From positions 32,001 to 96,000 of the forward strand of contig JBBIML010000009.1 in NCBI GenBank assembly GCA_037444405.1: a stretch of DNA of 64,000 bases, written 5' to 3'. Every line of letters starts with the position of its first letter. The stretch's first letter is position 1. The position numbers and the translations under genes are program-made. Under the pieces are notes generated by a model that was not told the DNA's origin, made no database searches, and worked only from the letters and a program-made list of their open reading frames with translations. Below, one piece after another: positions 1-10,146 of this stretch. The DNA comes from Armatimonadota bacterium (lineage in GTDB: Bacteria > Armatimonadota > Fimbriimonadia > Fimbriimonadales > GBS-DC).

Positions 1-2683
1 TCAGCGCCTCATCCGATGCGCTCCCCCGCCGATACAGCGGACTGACGCGCGGCGTGCCATCCCCCTGACGCCACCGAATGACCGCTGCGTTCAGCTGGTA
101 CATCGGGGTTGCGCCCAGCAGCCGTACCACCAGCCCGTAGGCGAGCAGCTGCTCCAGAATTTTCTCAATCACCTGTCGGTAGGCGCCAGCGCGGAGACCC
201 AGCTGCTGGCACAGATAGCGTCCAATCGCGCTCCGCTCGGTCAGCACCGCCCCCACAGACTTGGGCAGGCGTCCCCCGTTGCGCTCCAGCAGCACGCCCC
301 GCGATTCCTGCAGGTCGTCTATGGCGGGATCCAGCCCCCAGTATTCGTTCAGCTCCTGTTCGCAGCGCTTGCGCAGCTCCTTCTGCTTCTCAGGTTCCAG
401 CACCTCTGCGTTAATTGCGAACTTATAGCGAAACTGGTCGAGCAGGACTCGCAGAATTGCCTCGCGCTCTTCGGGTGTGCGCTGCGCCAGCGCGGCGCAG
501 TCTTCCCATCTCGAATTGTCCGCGCACAGCTCGCTCAGCCCGTGATACTCAATCTGCAACAAGCCCAGCGTCTCCAGATTCGGCTGTGTGTTGCGCCACT
601 CGCGCCGCAGGTCTTCATAGAGGCGATACTCAATCAACTTGCAGAAGGTCTCACGCACCTGCTTGCCGTAGGGCGACGCGGGGTCCAAATTGGGCTGGCG
701 GGCGTAGTCGTTGAGCTGGAGACCGCTGCTATCGACCACTGCTGAAGCGACCTCAGCGTAGCCCAGTTCAGGTTTTTGCTGTAAGGCGGCGACCAGCGCG
801 GTGCGGAGCAGGGCAATCCGCACGAAGTCGTTGAAGTGCCCCGCCTGCAGCGAGGCGTCCTGACGGTTATCGGTGAACGAGAGCAGTTTGGGGCGCGCGC
901 CGCCTGTCGCCTCCGCATGGCGCAGCAGTGCCAGCGCCAGCACTGTCGTGGCGCTGCTACGCCCCTCGGACGAAAGCCCCACCAGCTTCGCCCCCTCGCT
1001 CACGCGCCTGTCGTAGTAAGCCCCGCAGTTGAGGCAGAGCGTGAACGGCGCAGGCTGCCACCATACCTTCATGCCGTCTTCGAACTCTGCGGCGCTCCAG
1101 CTCCCGTCGGGGCGCACCCAGAGCGGCTGGGGAACCCGCTCGCGCCACGAACTGCGCAGTCGCCCCCGCTTGTCGTACCATTCGTCGGGCAGCTGGTCGT
1201 TGCTCCACTCAGTGATGCAGAGGTAGCCGACCTGCACCTCGTCGCTTTCGGGGCTTTCGTCGAGGCGCACGCCCCACAGGATGTGTCCAGTCTCGTCCCG
1301 CGCCACACGGTAATAGTCCCGCCCGCACTGGCGACAGAAGTAGAGCGGGAACAGCGGCTTGCCCGGCGCTTTCTCGATCTGCGCCCGTATCTCGAACGCG
1401 CGCTGGTCGATTGGCTCCAGCGTCGCATAGATCGGGCTGGACTGGCTGATGAACTGATGTAGTTTGACGGCGAACAGGGGCGGCTCGCCTGACCGACGCA
1501 ACCGCTCCTGATGCTCCAGCAGCGCCTGCACCTGCGCCACACACTCCTCGACGGGTACGCCGAGCTGCTCCGCCAGCGACTGGCACGCTTCCGCCAGTGG
1601 GCGCGGCGCGCGTCGACGCAGGTTGCCCTCCGAATCGCGCTCCAGCCCGAACGCCGACTCCACCCAGCGCGCCAGCGGATGACGCCGCAACTTGTCCAGC
1701 GACTCCGGAAACGGCTGCCCCCACGCCGCCTGCAACTCCGCCACGCTCGGCTCGCCCCCCTCTGTCGCGGGCGCGAGCTGCTCGTCGACGATATCGTCCG
1801 CTTTGAACGGATGCCCGAAGAAGGTGGTCGCAAACCGGGCGATTGCCTGGCGCTGTTCGAACGCCGACGCGCCTTCGGAGACCATCGTAGCGGAGGCGGC
1901 GATGTGGCGCATATCGGGCGCGCCATAGCGCTCTTTCAAGCGGCGCGCCAGCATCGCCACATCCGCTCCCTGACGCCCCCGATAGGTGTGCAACTCATCA
2001 AACACCAGAAACTTCAGCATGTGGTCGCCGAACAGCGCCTGGTCTTCACGGCGCGTCATCAGCAACTCGCCCATCATGTAGTTGGTGAGCAGAATCTGCG
2101 GGGGGCGCTGGCGCAACTCTGGACGCGCGTCCTGCGGCGTCTCGCCCGTGTATTTCGCAAAGCGCACAGGGAACGGTCGCTGATAGCGCTGCTCGTACTG
2201 CTCGCGCAGGCTCTCCAGCGCACGCAACTGCGAGTTGACCAGCGCGTTCATCGGGTACATAATCATCGCGACCACCCGCTCGTGCGCTTCGGGATGGCGC
2301 AGCAGGTAGTCGATGATGGGAATCAGGTAGGTGAAGCTTTTGCCAGAGCCTGTGCCGCTGACGACCACATAGCTGCGTCCCGCGTACGCGAGGCGCAGGG
2401 CGCGCTCCTGATGGGCGAACAGGCGATAGGGCGTCCCGTCGGGGCGGCAGAAAATGTGCGGGATTTCGGGGTGTAGCACGTCTTCACACACCAGCTGCTC
2501 TATCGGCGCGCCGGGCTGATAGGCGGGGCTGAGTTGCAACATCGGCGCCGGCCAGAGGTAGCTCTCCTCTCTGATGACCTGCTCGGCGAACGCGCGCGCC
2601 CGCGCTCCGGCAATCTGCACAAATGAATGCACGAACTGCTCGTATTCGTCGATCATGCGCCGATGCAGTGCAAACATGCTCAT
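1..2683 (-). CDS. Large DEAD/DEAH-box SF2 helicase, YprA/DUF1998-associated type (partial, runs off the window start)
   Basis: Absent from the ORF track because no stop lies in the window. Translated by hand from ATG 2683 (GGAGGG upstream): MSMFALHRRMIDEYEQFVHSF, Walker A SGTGSGKS, YPMNALVNSQ, LTNYMMGELLMTR, FDELHTYRGRQGADVAML, SAT motif, CxxC pairs (FCRQCG, LCLNCG), FTDNRQDAS. Confidence 0.9.
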   Translation of the reverse strand, partial: MSMFALHRRMIDEYEQFVHSFVQIAGARARAFAEQVIREESYLWPAPMLQLSPAYQPGAPIEQLVCEDVLHPEIPHIFCRPDGTPYRLFAHQERALRLAYAGRSYVVVSGTGSGKSFTYLIPIIDYLLRHPEAHERVVAMIMYPMNALVNSQLRALESLREQYEQRYQRPFPVRFAKYTGETPQDARPELRQRPPQILLTNYMMGELLMTRREDQALFGDHMLKFLVFDELHTYRGRQGADVAMLARRLKERYGAPDMRHIAASATMVSEGASAFEQRQAIARFATTFFGHPFKADDIVDEQLAPATEGGEPSVAELQAAWGQPFPESLDKLRRHPLARWVESAFGLERDSEGNLRRRAPRPLAEACQSLAEQLGVPVEECVAQVQALLEHQERLRRSGEPPLFAVKLHQFISQSSPIYATLEPIDQRAFEIRAQIEKAPGKPLFPLYFCRQCGRDYYRVARDETGHILWGVRLDESPESDEVQVGYLCITEWSNDQLPDEWYDKRGRLRSSWRERVPQPLWVRPDGSWSAAEFEDGMKVWWQPAPFTLCLNCGAYYDRRVSEGAKLVGLSSEGRSSATTVLALALLRHAEATGGARPKLLSFTDNRQDASLQAGHFNDFVRIALLRTALVAALQQKPELGYAEVASAVVDSSGLQLNDYARQPNLDPASPYGKQVRETFCKLIEYRLYEDLRREWRNTQPNLETLGLLQIEYHGLSELCADNSRWEDCAALAQRTPEEREAILRVLLDQFRYKFAINAEVLEPEKQKELRKRCEQELNEYWGLDPAIDDLQESRGVLLERNGGRLPKSVGAVLTERSAIGRYLCQQLGLRAGAYRQVIEKILEQLLAYGLVVRLLGATPMYQLNAAVIRWRQGDGTPRVSPLYRRGSASDEAL

Positions 2684-2735
2684 CGCGTCCCTCCCGTAAA
2701 CTGTGGTGGGATTATACCTCATGCACCTGCGTCCT

Positions 2736-2964
2736 CGACGGGTAAACCCGTTTCTACGACATGAAGCCAGCCTGCGCTGGCTGTTCGCCTGTGTCCCCGA
2801 CAGGTAAACCCGTTCCCAATACACGAAGCCAGCCTGCGCTGGCTATCTTAGCCGACGCAGGTCGGCTTGGTGGGATAGGAACGGCTTCAGCCGTCTGTGC
2901 GAACGCTACACGGCTTTGAGCCGACGCAGGTCGGCTTGGTGGGATAGGAACGGCTTCAGCCGTC
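2736..2964. repeat. Four-copy REP-like double-hairpin repeat array (two forward, two inverted)
   Basis: Unit A (cgacgggtaaacccgt...aagccagcctgcgctggct) at about 2736-2782 and 2798-2844. Unit B (agccgacgcaggtcggcttggtgggataggaacggcttcagccgtc) at 2850-2895 and 2919-2964. The reverse complement of B aligns with A. Confidence 0.85.
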
Positions 2965-2982
2965 GGGCACGGATGACTCCCT

Positions 2983-5900
2983 CTACCCCAACGCGAGCCG
3001 TTCCCACGCCTCCAATATCAGGCGGCGGGTGCGATACTCGCCGTGTTCGCGCAGCTCCTTGTCCTTCAGCACGCGGAAGGTCTCGCTGGGGAAGTCGGAC
3101 GCCTGCACGCGCGCGGCGTAGCCCTGCGGCTCCAGCGGGTCGGCGACCGCCTCGTGCGGGTCTAAAATGTCCTTCAGTTCAGCGGGGGTCAGGTCGGCGG
3201 GGTCTAAGATGTAGCGCAGCTGCTTGCGCGTCAGTCCGTACAGGCGGGCGTAGTAAGCGTCCAGCTCGGCGCGGATGCGGGCACGGCGCGCCGCATCCCA
3301 CCGAAACGGCGGCAGCGGGATGCCCTTTTGCGGGTCGGTCTCAATCTCAGGGTAGGCGCGAACCCAGTCGGGCGGTTGCCACGAGTGCCCGCCCGTCTCA
3401 GCGGCGTTCGCCTCCCACTGGGCTCGAATCGCATGGCGCAAATCGGCGTCCGCATCCCGCCACACATCGTCCGCAAACGGCTTCATGTCCCACGCCGTGT
3501 AGACCAGCTCCAGCACGCGCGGCACAATAAAGCGCAGGTTCGCATGAGTGTAGGCAGTGGGCGGGAGGACGGGGAGCTGGTTCACAAAGAAAAAGCTCAT
3601 GTTCACCCCTGCTACTTTCTGACGCACAACCCAGTCAAACACGAGGGCTGTCAGGTTAGCACACAGGCATCCGCACATCATAGCCCCAGAATTAGCCAGT
3701 ACCATGAGAGAAAGGCTGTTACCAATCCCACATCGTGGCAGCAGACTGAAGACGCCCGTGCGTTCACTGGTAGGATTCGTGATATTCCGAAATCCCAGCA
3801 CCCAGGGATGTTTCCAGTCGCTCAGACGCTCGTGTACCTGCTCGGCGGGAACCCAGTACCATGGCTGAACCAGGAAGGCGGGGTCGGCGTGCTGGGCGTC
3901 GGTGGGCGTGGGCAGCTGGGTGCTGGAGCGGCTCTCCACGCCCTCGTAAGTGCCGTAGCGGTGGTCGCACAGCCAGATCATCTTCGCCTCGTAGAGGGGC
4001 AGCCACACCTCTGCGCCCTTCACAAAACGGTTGCCCACCCGCTCAAAGCCCTGCGCCTCCAGCTCCGCCGCCGTGCGAAAGAGATGGGAGTCGTTGGACA
4101 TGTGGAACATGCTGTTGAACCGCACCTGCCACGGGTTTTGCCCTGTGCGTTCGTTCACCAGCACGGGCACGCGCGCGTAGATGGCTTTGGTCAGTTCGGC
4201 GTCCTGCTGGGTGCGGAAGATGGGCAGGGTGCGCGTGTTGGGGTTCAGCAGGGCAATCTCGTTGGGGGTGAGGGTGAGGATTTCGCGCGGGTCGCGCAGC
4301 TCGTGAGGGCGATGGCAGAAGAAGGCGAATCGGGCGCGGCGGTTGTGGGGCGCGCCACCGCCCGCACGCTCCAGCGTCAGCAGGCAAAACTTCATCAGGT
4401 TGATGACGGCAGGAAACAGCCTCGCGCGGTTGTCAAAATCGTACAGGCTGACCAGTTCATCGTGTTCCACAATCTCGGCGAAAAAGTGCTTGTTGGTATC
4501 GTCGGCGGCGATCCCGGTGGGAATCACCATGCCCATGCGCCCGCCCGGTTTCAGCAGGCTGCGCGCCCGCTCGGCGAACACCGAGTAGGTGTTGATGTCG
4601 CCGCGCCCCGTGAGAGGGTACTGACGGGAGGCTCTCAAGAATCGGCTGACGCTTTCGGCGGCGTGCAGGGCGCGCTGATACTCGTCCCACAAATCGGGGT
4701 TCGTTTCGCGCAGTTTCTGGATGAGCCGTTTGCGGGCGGCGGCGTTGGGCGCGTTCGCAATCGTGGCGTCCCGACTGGCGAAAAACTCCTGCTCCTGCAG
4801 CTTGATGCGCTCCCACGGCGGGTTGCCCAGCACGACATCGAAACCGCCCGCGAGAAAGACTTCGGGGAACTCCAGAAACCAGTGGAAGAAGCGGTGCTGG
4901 TGGGCAAGCGCTTCGGCGCGGGCGCGCATGCGGGGGTGCAGCGCGCAGGGGTTCTGAATCGCCTGATAGACATCCCCTGTGGTGGGCGTGGCGTCGTCGA
5001 TGCGCTCCCAGAAGAAGGCGCTCACCCACAGGTCGCACGCGAGACGCAGGTTCTCCAGTTGCTCTTGAATTTGCTGATACCGCTGCTGTTTCTGGCAAAC
5101 CTGTTCGGGGGTGTCGTCAGGCTCGCGGCTGAGGGTTTCCATCAGAATCGCGCTGTTGAGCAGCTCCTCATCGGTGAGGTTGCTGAGGATGCGCTGTCCG
5201 GCGCGTTCGCTGTCGTTGCGTTTTTTGAGTTCGCGCAGGCTGGGGTGGCGTTCGGGGCGGTCGTAGGCGTCGCTGGGGATGCCCTGGAGCAGGGTTTCCA
5301 GATTGCGCACGCCCACCAGCGAGTCGCCGCAGCGGATGTGGTGGTCTAAAAACGAGAGGGGCTTGCCGCGGTTGTGCCCTTCGATCCAGAGGGCGAGTTT
5401 GCACAGTTCGACGGCGAGCGGGTTTTTGTCCACGCCGTAGAGGCAGTGGGCAATTACTTCGCGCAGGGCGTGGCGCAGGTGTTCGGGCGAGGGGTTCTCG
5501 TGGCGGATTCGGGCGAGTTCACGGGCGAGCTGGCGCGCGGCTGCCAGCAGGAAGTGCCCGCTGCCGCACGCGGGGTCCAGCACGCGAATGTCGAGGATGG
5601 CGCGCTCTTTCTCTTCGGGCGTGGTTTTGTCGGCGAGCCGCTGCTGAATGACAGGCAACAGCGCCTGTTCCACCAGTTCAGCGACCAGTTCGGGCGGGGT
5701 ATAGTAGGAGCCTGTGGTTTTGCGCTCGCTGCCCTGCAGGAACTCGAAGCGGGGTTTGTGGGGGTCGCTGGCGTCAATCACGGGATGCAGTTCCAGCAGG
5801 CTTTCGTACACGGAGCCGAGCTCTTCCACATCGAGCGCGGCGTAGTTCACGGCGCGGGTGGCGCGGGTGTCGGGGTCCTCGTAGTAAAAGAGCGCCTTGA

Positions 5901-7038
5901 GCGCGTCCAGCAGGTCGCGGTTGGACAGCCGCCAGTCTTCCAGTTGCAGATGGGTGAACAGCTCGCCGTTGAGCGGGTCTAAATCCAGGTATTGCCCCAG
6001 GTCGGGGTTGCGCAGGCACTCCCACAGCACGCGCAGGCTGTACCAGAGGTCTTCGTGGGTGTCGTCATGGTAGTAGCGCTGGGTGAGGGGGCGCAGGCGG
6101 CTGATGCTGTAGTGGTTGCGATAGCGTTCGGAGGGGCTGATGAGTCCGCGCTCTTCGCCCACCAGCAGGAACAGGATTCGGTAAACCAGCCGCAGCAGAT
6201 GCTGGTAGAGCGTGTGGGCGTCGGGGATTTCGCCTCGAGCGCAGGGTGGGTTTGCGGGGTGCTGTAGCAGGGCGTTCGCGAGGCGGACAATCGCGTTTTC
6301 GACGCTTTCGCGCAGGCGTTCGCGGATGCGTCCGCCCTGCTCCTCGCTCTGGCGGTAATATTGCTCCAGCAGGCAGGTGTGGGCGTCGGCGTAGCCGCTG
6401 GGCAGGCGACTGCGATGGAGCAGGCGATAGAGCAGCACGAACGCCTCGAACTGTTGCCCGCCGAGGATGGCGTCCAGGTCGAACTCGATATAGGAGAGTT
6501 TGCGCAGGTAGGTGCTGTCGCGTAGCAGTCGGAGCGTGGCGCCGTTGGTGACGATGCCCCACAGGTGTTCGGTGCGGTTCAGGAACTCCTGTAGCAGGGC
6601 GTGTGGGGCGCGTCGGGGCGTGGCGTGGGGGTCTACCCGATCCAGCGACTGCCGCTTGCCCACGATATGCACGGGCGGCGCTTCGGGTGATTTATCGGCG
6701 CGGTGCGAGATGCGATAGCGGGTCTGCTCCACCAGATACGATTCGGGATTGAACTCAACCGCATACTCCAGCAGGTTCAGCAGGGGGATGACCCATCGCT
6801 GGCGGGTGAGGGTGGTGTCGCTTTCGGTTTCGGGCAAGCGTTCGTGTTCGTACAGGAACCGCTGGTAGAGGGCGCGCGCCTCTTCGTAGAGGGCGGCAAT
6901 CAGGTTGAGCAGTTCGTTTTCGTTCTTGCAGTCGAAGTCGCTTGGCTTTTGACCGGGCAGGTCGCCCTGCTGGAGCCGTTCGAGGATGTCTGCGCTGAAC
7001 AGTCCGCCTTCGATTCGGATGGCATGGGTCGTTTTCAT
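2983..7038 (-). CDS. Eco57I/type IIG-like N6-adenine DNA methyltransferase (DrmMI-like), 1351 aa
   Basis: Motif I VLDPACGSGHFL, GSYYTP, catalytic FDVVLGNPPW, N-terminal WGIVTNGATLRLLRD and YIEFDL region, C-terminal target-recognition-like region. Confidence 0.9.
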   Translation of the reverse strand: MKTTHAIRIEGGLFSADILERLQQGDLPGQKPSDFDCKNENELLNLIAALYEEARALYQRFLYEHERLPETESDTTLTRQRWVIPLLNLLEYAVEFNPESYLVEQTRYRISHRADKSPEAPPVHIVGKRQSLDRVDPHATPRRAPHALLQEFLNRTEHLWGIVTNGATLRLLRDSTYLRKLSYIEFDLDAILGGQQFEAFVLLYRLLHRSRLPSGYADAHTCLLEQYYRQSEEQGGRIRERLRESVENAIVRLANALLQHPANPPCARGEIPDAHTLYQHLLRLVYRILFLLVGEERGLISPSERYRNHYSISRLRPLTQRYYHDDTHEDLWYSLRVLWECLRNPDLGQYLDLDPLNGELFTHLQLEDWRLSNRDLLDALKALFYYEDPDTRATRAVNYAALDVEELGSVYESLLELHPVIDASDPHKPRFEFLQGSERKTTGSYYTPPELVAELVEQALLPVIQQRLADKTTPEEKERAILDIRVLDPACGSGHFLLAAARQLARELARIRHENPSPEHLRHALREVIAHCLYGVDKNPLAVELCKLALWIEGHNRGKPLSFLDHHIRCGDSLVGVRNLETLLQGIPSDAYDRPERHPSLRELKKRNDSERAGQRILSNLTDEELLNSAILMETLSREPDDTPEQVCQKQQRYQQIQEQLENLRLACDLWVSAFFWERIDDATPTTGDVYQAIQNPCALHPRMRARAEALAHQHRFFHWFLEFPEVFLAGGFDVVLGNPPWERIKLQEQEFFASRDATIANAPNAAARKRLIQKLRETNPDLWDEYQRALHAAESVSRFLRASRQYPLTGRGDINTYSVFAERARSLLKPGGRMGMVIPTGIAADDTNKHFFAEIVEHDELVSLYDFDNRARLFPAVINLMKFCLLTLERAGGGAPHNRRARFAFFCHRPHELRDPREILTLTPNEIALLNPNTRTLPIFRTQQDAELTKAIYARVPVLVNERTGQNPWQVRFNSMFHMSNDSHLFRTAAELEAQGFERVGNRFVKGAEVWLPLYEAKMIWLCDHRYGTYEGVESRSSTQLPTPTDAQHADPAFLVQPWYWVPAEQVHERLSDWKHPWVLGFRNITNPTSERTGVFSLLPRCGIGNSLSLMVLANSGAMMCGCLCANLTALVFDWVVRQKVAGVNMSFFFVNQLPVLPPTAYTHANLRFIVPRVLELVYTAWDMKPFADDVWRDADADLRHAIRAQWEANAAETGGHSWQPPDWVRAYPEIETDPQKGIPLPPFRWDAARRARIRAELDAYYARLYGLTRKQLRYILDPADLTPAELKDILDPHEAVADPLEPQGYAARVQASDFPSETFRVLKDKELREHGEYRTRRLILEAWERLALG

Positions 7039-9923
7039 GGGCGCGCCTCCGTGTGCGGGATGAGCGTCAGAATCCCGATCAGGTCGGGTGGGTTCTGGGA
7101 TTCCAGCTGGAGTTGCTGGTGGCTTTGCAGGAGCGTCTGGCGCAGGCGGCGATGGCTTTCCGTGAGGGTGTGCAGGCGTTGCTGGATGTGGGTCTGGTAG
7201 TGGGCGCGCGCCGTCCCGTTGCGCCAGAGTTCGAGGGCGTGCTGGAGCCAGCGGATTTTGGCGTCGCGCTCGAGGTTCGTGCTGGGCGTCGCCTTCTCGA
7301 ACAGCGCAAGCGCCTGCTCGTGTCCCATCGCATGAGAGGGGTCATCGAGGTCGACGGCGAGCAGGCGGCACTCTTCGGCGAGCTGGGGCGCACGGTTCGG
7401 CTGGTGGAGCAGATAGCGCTGGCGGAGCAGATAGAGCGCCGTCGGGCGCGCGACCGCATCGGTGGCAATCGCGCCGCAACGACTGACGAGAGCGTTTGAA
7501 GCCGCGCCGAAGCTCAGTTCGAACAGGTAGTGCGCGAGCGTCTGCACAAACGGGTGGTTGCGCCCCAGATAGATGGCGCCTTCGGGCGTGGGCGAGACGA
7601 AGCTGAAGTACCAGCGTTTCTGTCCGCGCGGCAGCGTGGGCAGTGCATTCCGGATGACGGCGGGCAGATTCGGCGTGGCGTCTATTAGGCTCGCCTCCAG
7701 AATCCAGCGGTCGGGCACGCGCGGGTCGGGCTTGAGCGGGATAACCAGCCGCTTGAGCGTTTCGGTCACGAAGTGTTGCACGAGGTTCGGGTCGCCCAGC
7801 ACCTGATCCACGGCGTCCAGCTCGTCCTTAATCTGGTCGGGCTTGAGGGCGCGCTGGGCGAAGCGGGTACGGTTCGTGCGTTCGCGCTCGGCGTCGCGTT
7901 GCATCTGCAGGGTGAGGCGCTGCACAGCAGGCGCGTCGAGTTCGAGGGTCAGCTGTGGGCTGGGGCGCCGTGAGAGGAACATGGCGTTCACCAGCGCCTC
8001 AATCAGCGTCTCGCTCTCTTCGGGCACGGGCACAGAGGTGCCCAGCGTTTTGCGGATTTCGTGCGCCTTTTCCAGCAGCACGCGAATCACCACGCCGTCG
8101 ACGGGGTTATCGGGGCTATAGTAGCGGTAGGTGCGCACGGTGGGCGACTGCTGACCGAACCGATCGACGCGCCCTTCGCGCTGTTCCAGTTTGTTTGGGT
8201 TCCAGGGCAGGTCGTAGTGGATAACGGCGTTGAATTTGGACTGGAGGTTGATTCCTTCTGCGAGGCAGTCGGTGGCGACCAGCACGCGGGGGGCGTCGGC
8301 GCTGAGGGCATCCACCTGCATGCGGCGTTCTTCATCGCTCTGGCGTCCGGTAAGGCACACGATTTGGAGTTCGGGGAATTCGGGGGTCAGCGCCTCACGC
8401 AGGCAGCAGGCGACATATTCGGCAGTCGTGATGAACCGACACCAGACGATGGGCATAAAGTTCTTTCGCAGCAGGTCTTGCACAAGCTGGATACAGCCTT
8501 CCACTTTGGTGTCGGCGCGCTGTTCCAGTATCTGGCGTGCGATTCGGGCGATGTCGCGCAGGCGGTTCTGTTCGCTCTGGGAGAGTTCCGCCATCTCCAG
8601 GGCGATGGAGGGCGCCTCGTCTTCGGACAGGCGCAGGCTGGGGTCTTCCACATAATCGCGTGTGAGTTCGTCGGTTTCTTCTGTGCCCAGCAGGTTCTGG
8701 AGTTCCTGGAGGGCGTTGCGTCGGTTCTGGATGGCTTGCAGGGCGGCTTCGGGGCTGGACATCACACTGCGTAGCAGGGCGAGCGCCGCCCAGTAGCGCG
8801 CCCGCTGAGAACGCTCAGAGGGCAGCTGCCCACTCGCGGGCAACATCTGCAAGCAGTAGTCATAGGTCTCGACGAACAGTTTGCGGGCGAGCGGCGAGAG
8901 GCGGTAGGTCGCGTCGATCACTTCGCGTTTGGGAAAGCATGCCTGAGCGCCCCAATCTTTTTCGATGTCGCCGCGCGTGCGCAACACGAAGTGGCGGGCG
9001 AGCTGGTCGCGTTGCGCTTCCGTAAGCGCGCTGAAGGTCCAGTTCGCGAACTGTGGGTTGAGCAGCGTTAGGAGTTTCTGAAACGCATCGGGGATACCGC
9101 TATGCGGGGTGGCGGTCAGCAGAATCAGGTGGCGCTGGGGGTTCTGTGCCAGTTTGCTCACCAGTTCATAGCGCTGCTGCGCGGGCGTGCTGGCAGGAAC
9201 CGCGTTATGCACCTCGTCCACAATCACCAGCTCGGGACACATCTGCAGGAACAGGTGGCGGTGGCGTTCGGATTTGACCCAGTCGATGCTGATGACCAGC
9301 ATACGGTAGTATTCGTAGAGGTGGATGCTATCGGGCTTGGCGCGTTCGAGCTGGGCGAGCGTGCTGGAGTTGACGACCACGGCGGGCAGGTTGAACTTTT
9401 CGGACAGTTCGCGCTGCCACTGGTCGCACAGGTAGGGCGGGCACAGCACGGCGAGGCGTTCAATCTCGCCGCGATCCCACAACTCGCGGGCGATCAGCCC
9501 TGCCTCGATGGTCTTGCCGACGCCCACATCGTCGGCGATGAGCAGGCGGATGGGGTTCTGGCGGAGCGCCATCAGCAGCGGCACGAGCTAGTACAGATGG
9601 GGGCGGATGGAGATGCGTCCCATCGAGCGCAGGGGCGCTGCGCCCTCGCGCAACAGCAGACGCGCCGCATGCCACAGCAGTTGCACGCTCGTAGCGTCGC
9701 TCACGCGTTGGACATCGGGGTCTGGAAACATCGACGGCTCCACCCGCTCAAACGGCAGCGTGTAGCCAATCCGCTGGCTTAGACGCTTATCGACCTCGAC
9801 GGGTTCTTCGCCCATGCCCGTGAGCGGGCGCAGCCGATAGGTTTCTGAATCGTTGCTGGGCAGCAGCACCCATTCCCTGTTGCGAAAGCGCACAATCCCG
9901 CCAACCTGCAGATCTGCCTGCAT
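7035..9923 (-). pseudogene. SNF2-family helicase (DrmD-like) interrupted by an in-frame TAG at 9588-9590
   Basis: ATG 9923 with GGAGGG. Reads [31 protein letters not shown], then IVDEVH, LLTATPH, ATDCLAEGINLQ and WNPNKLEQREGRVDRFGQ. ORFs 9588..9953 and 7035..9584 are in the same frame. Confidence 0.85.
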
Positions 9924-10146
9924 CGCGCTTGCCCTCCTGCAATCGCTCATCACCGATAGGGTGTATTGCCCTCCGCGCCTTTTGCTAATCGGGTAAAGGC
10001 ATCGACCCTGTTCACAGCGCCGAGCAAGATACCCCTTTCATTATCGGCTTCGGACGCTAAAGTCAAGTCCCTATTGCGCACCCTATTATACCCCTTAGAT
10101 TCGCCGTGCGATCGTTTGCTCCTGTGTGCTACACTTTATGTTCGCG

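Noticed and set aside
2736..2964. CRISPR array
   Set aside because: Units occur in both orientations with short irregular spacers, and no cas genes are present; fits REP-like repeats.
3328..5349. 673-aa plus-strand ORF and similar long antisense ORFs (1511..2476, 53455..54918, 62037..63107)
   Set aside because: Shadow ORFs opposite well-supported genes, expected in high-GC DNA, with no motifs.
9588..9590. Pyrrolysine or recoded TAG
   Set aside because: Other genes in the window end normally in TAG, no pyl genes are seen, and the position corresponds to a conserved Gln (CAG).
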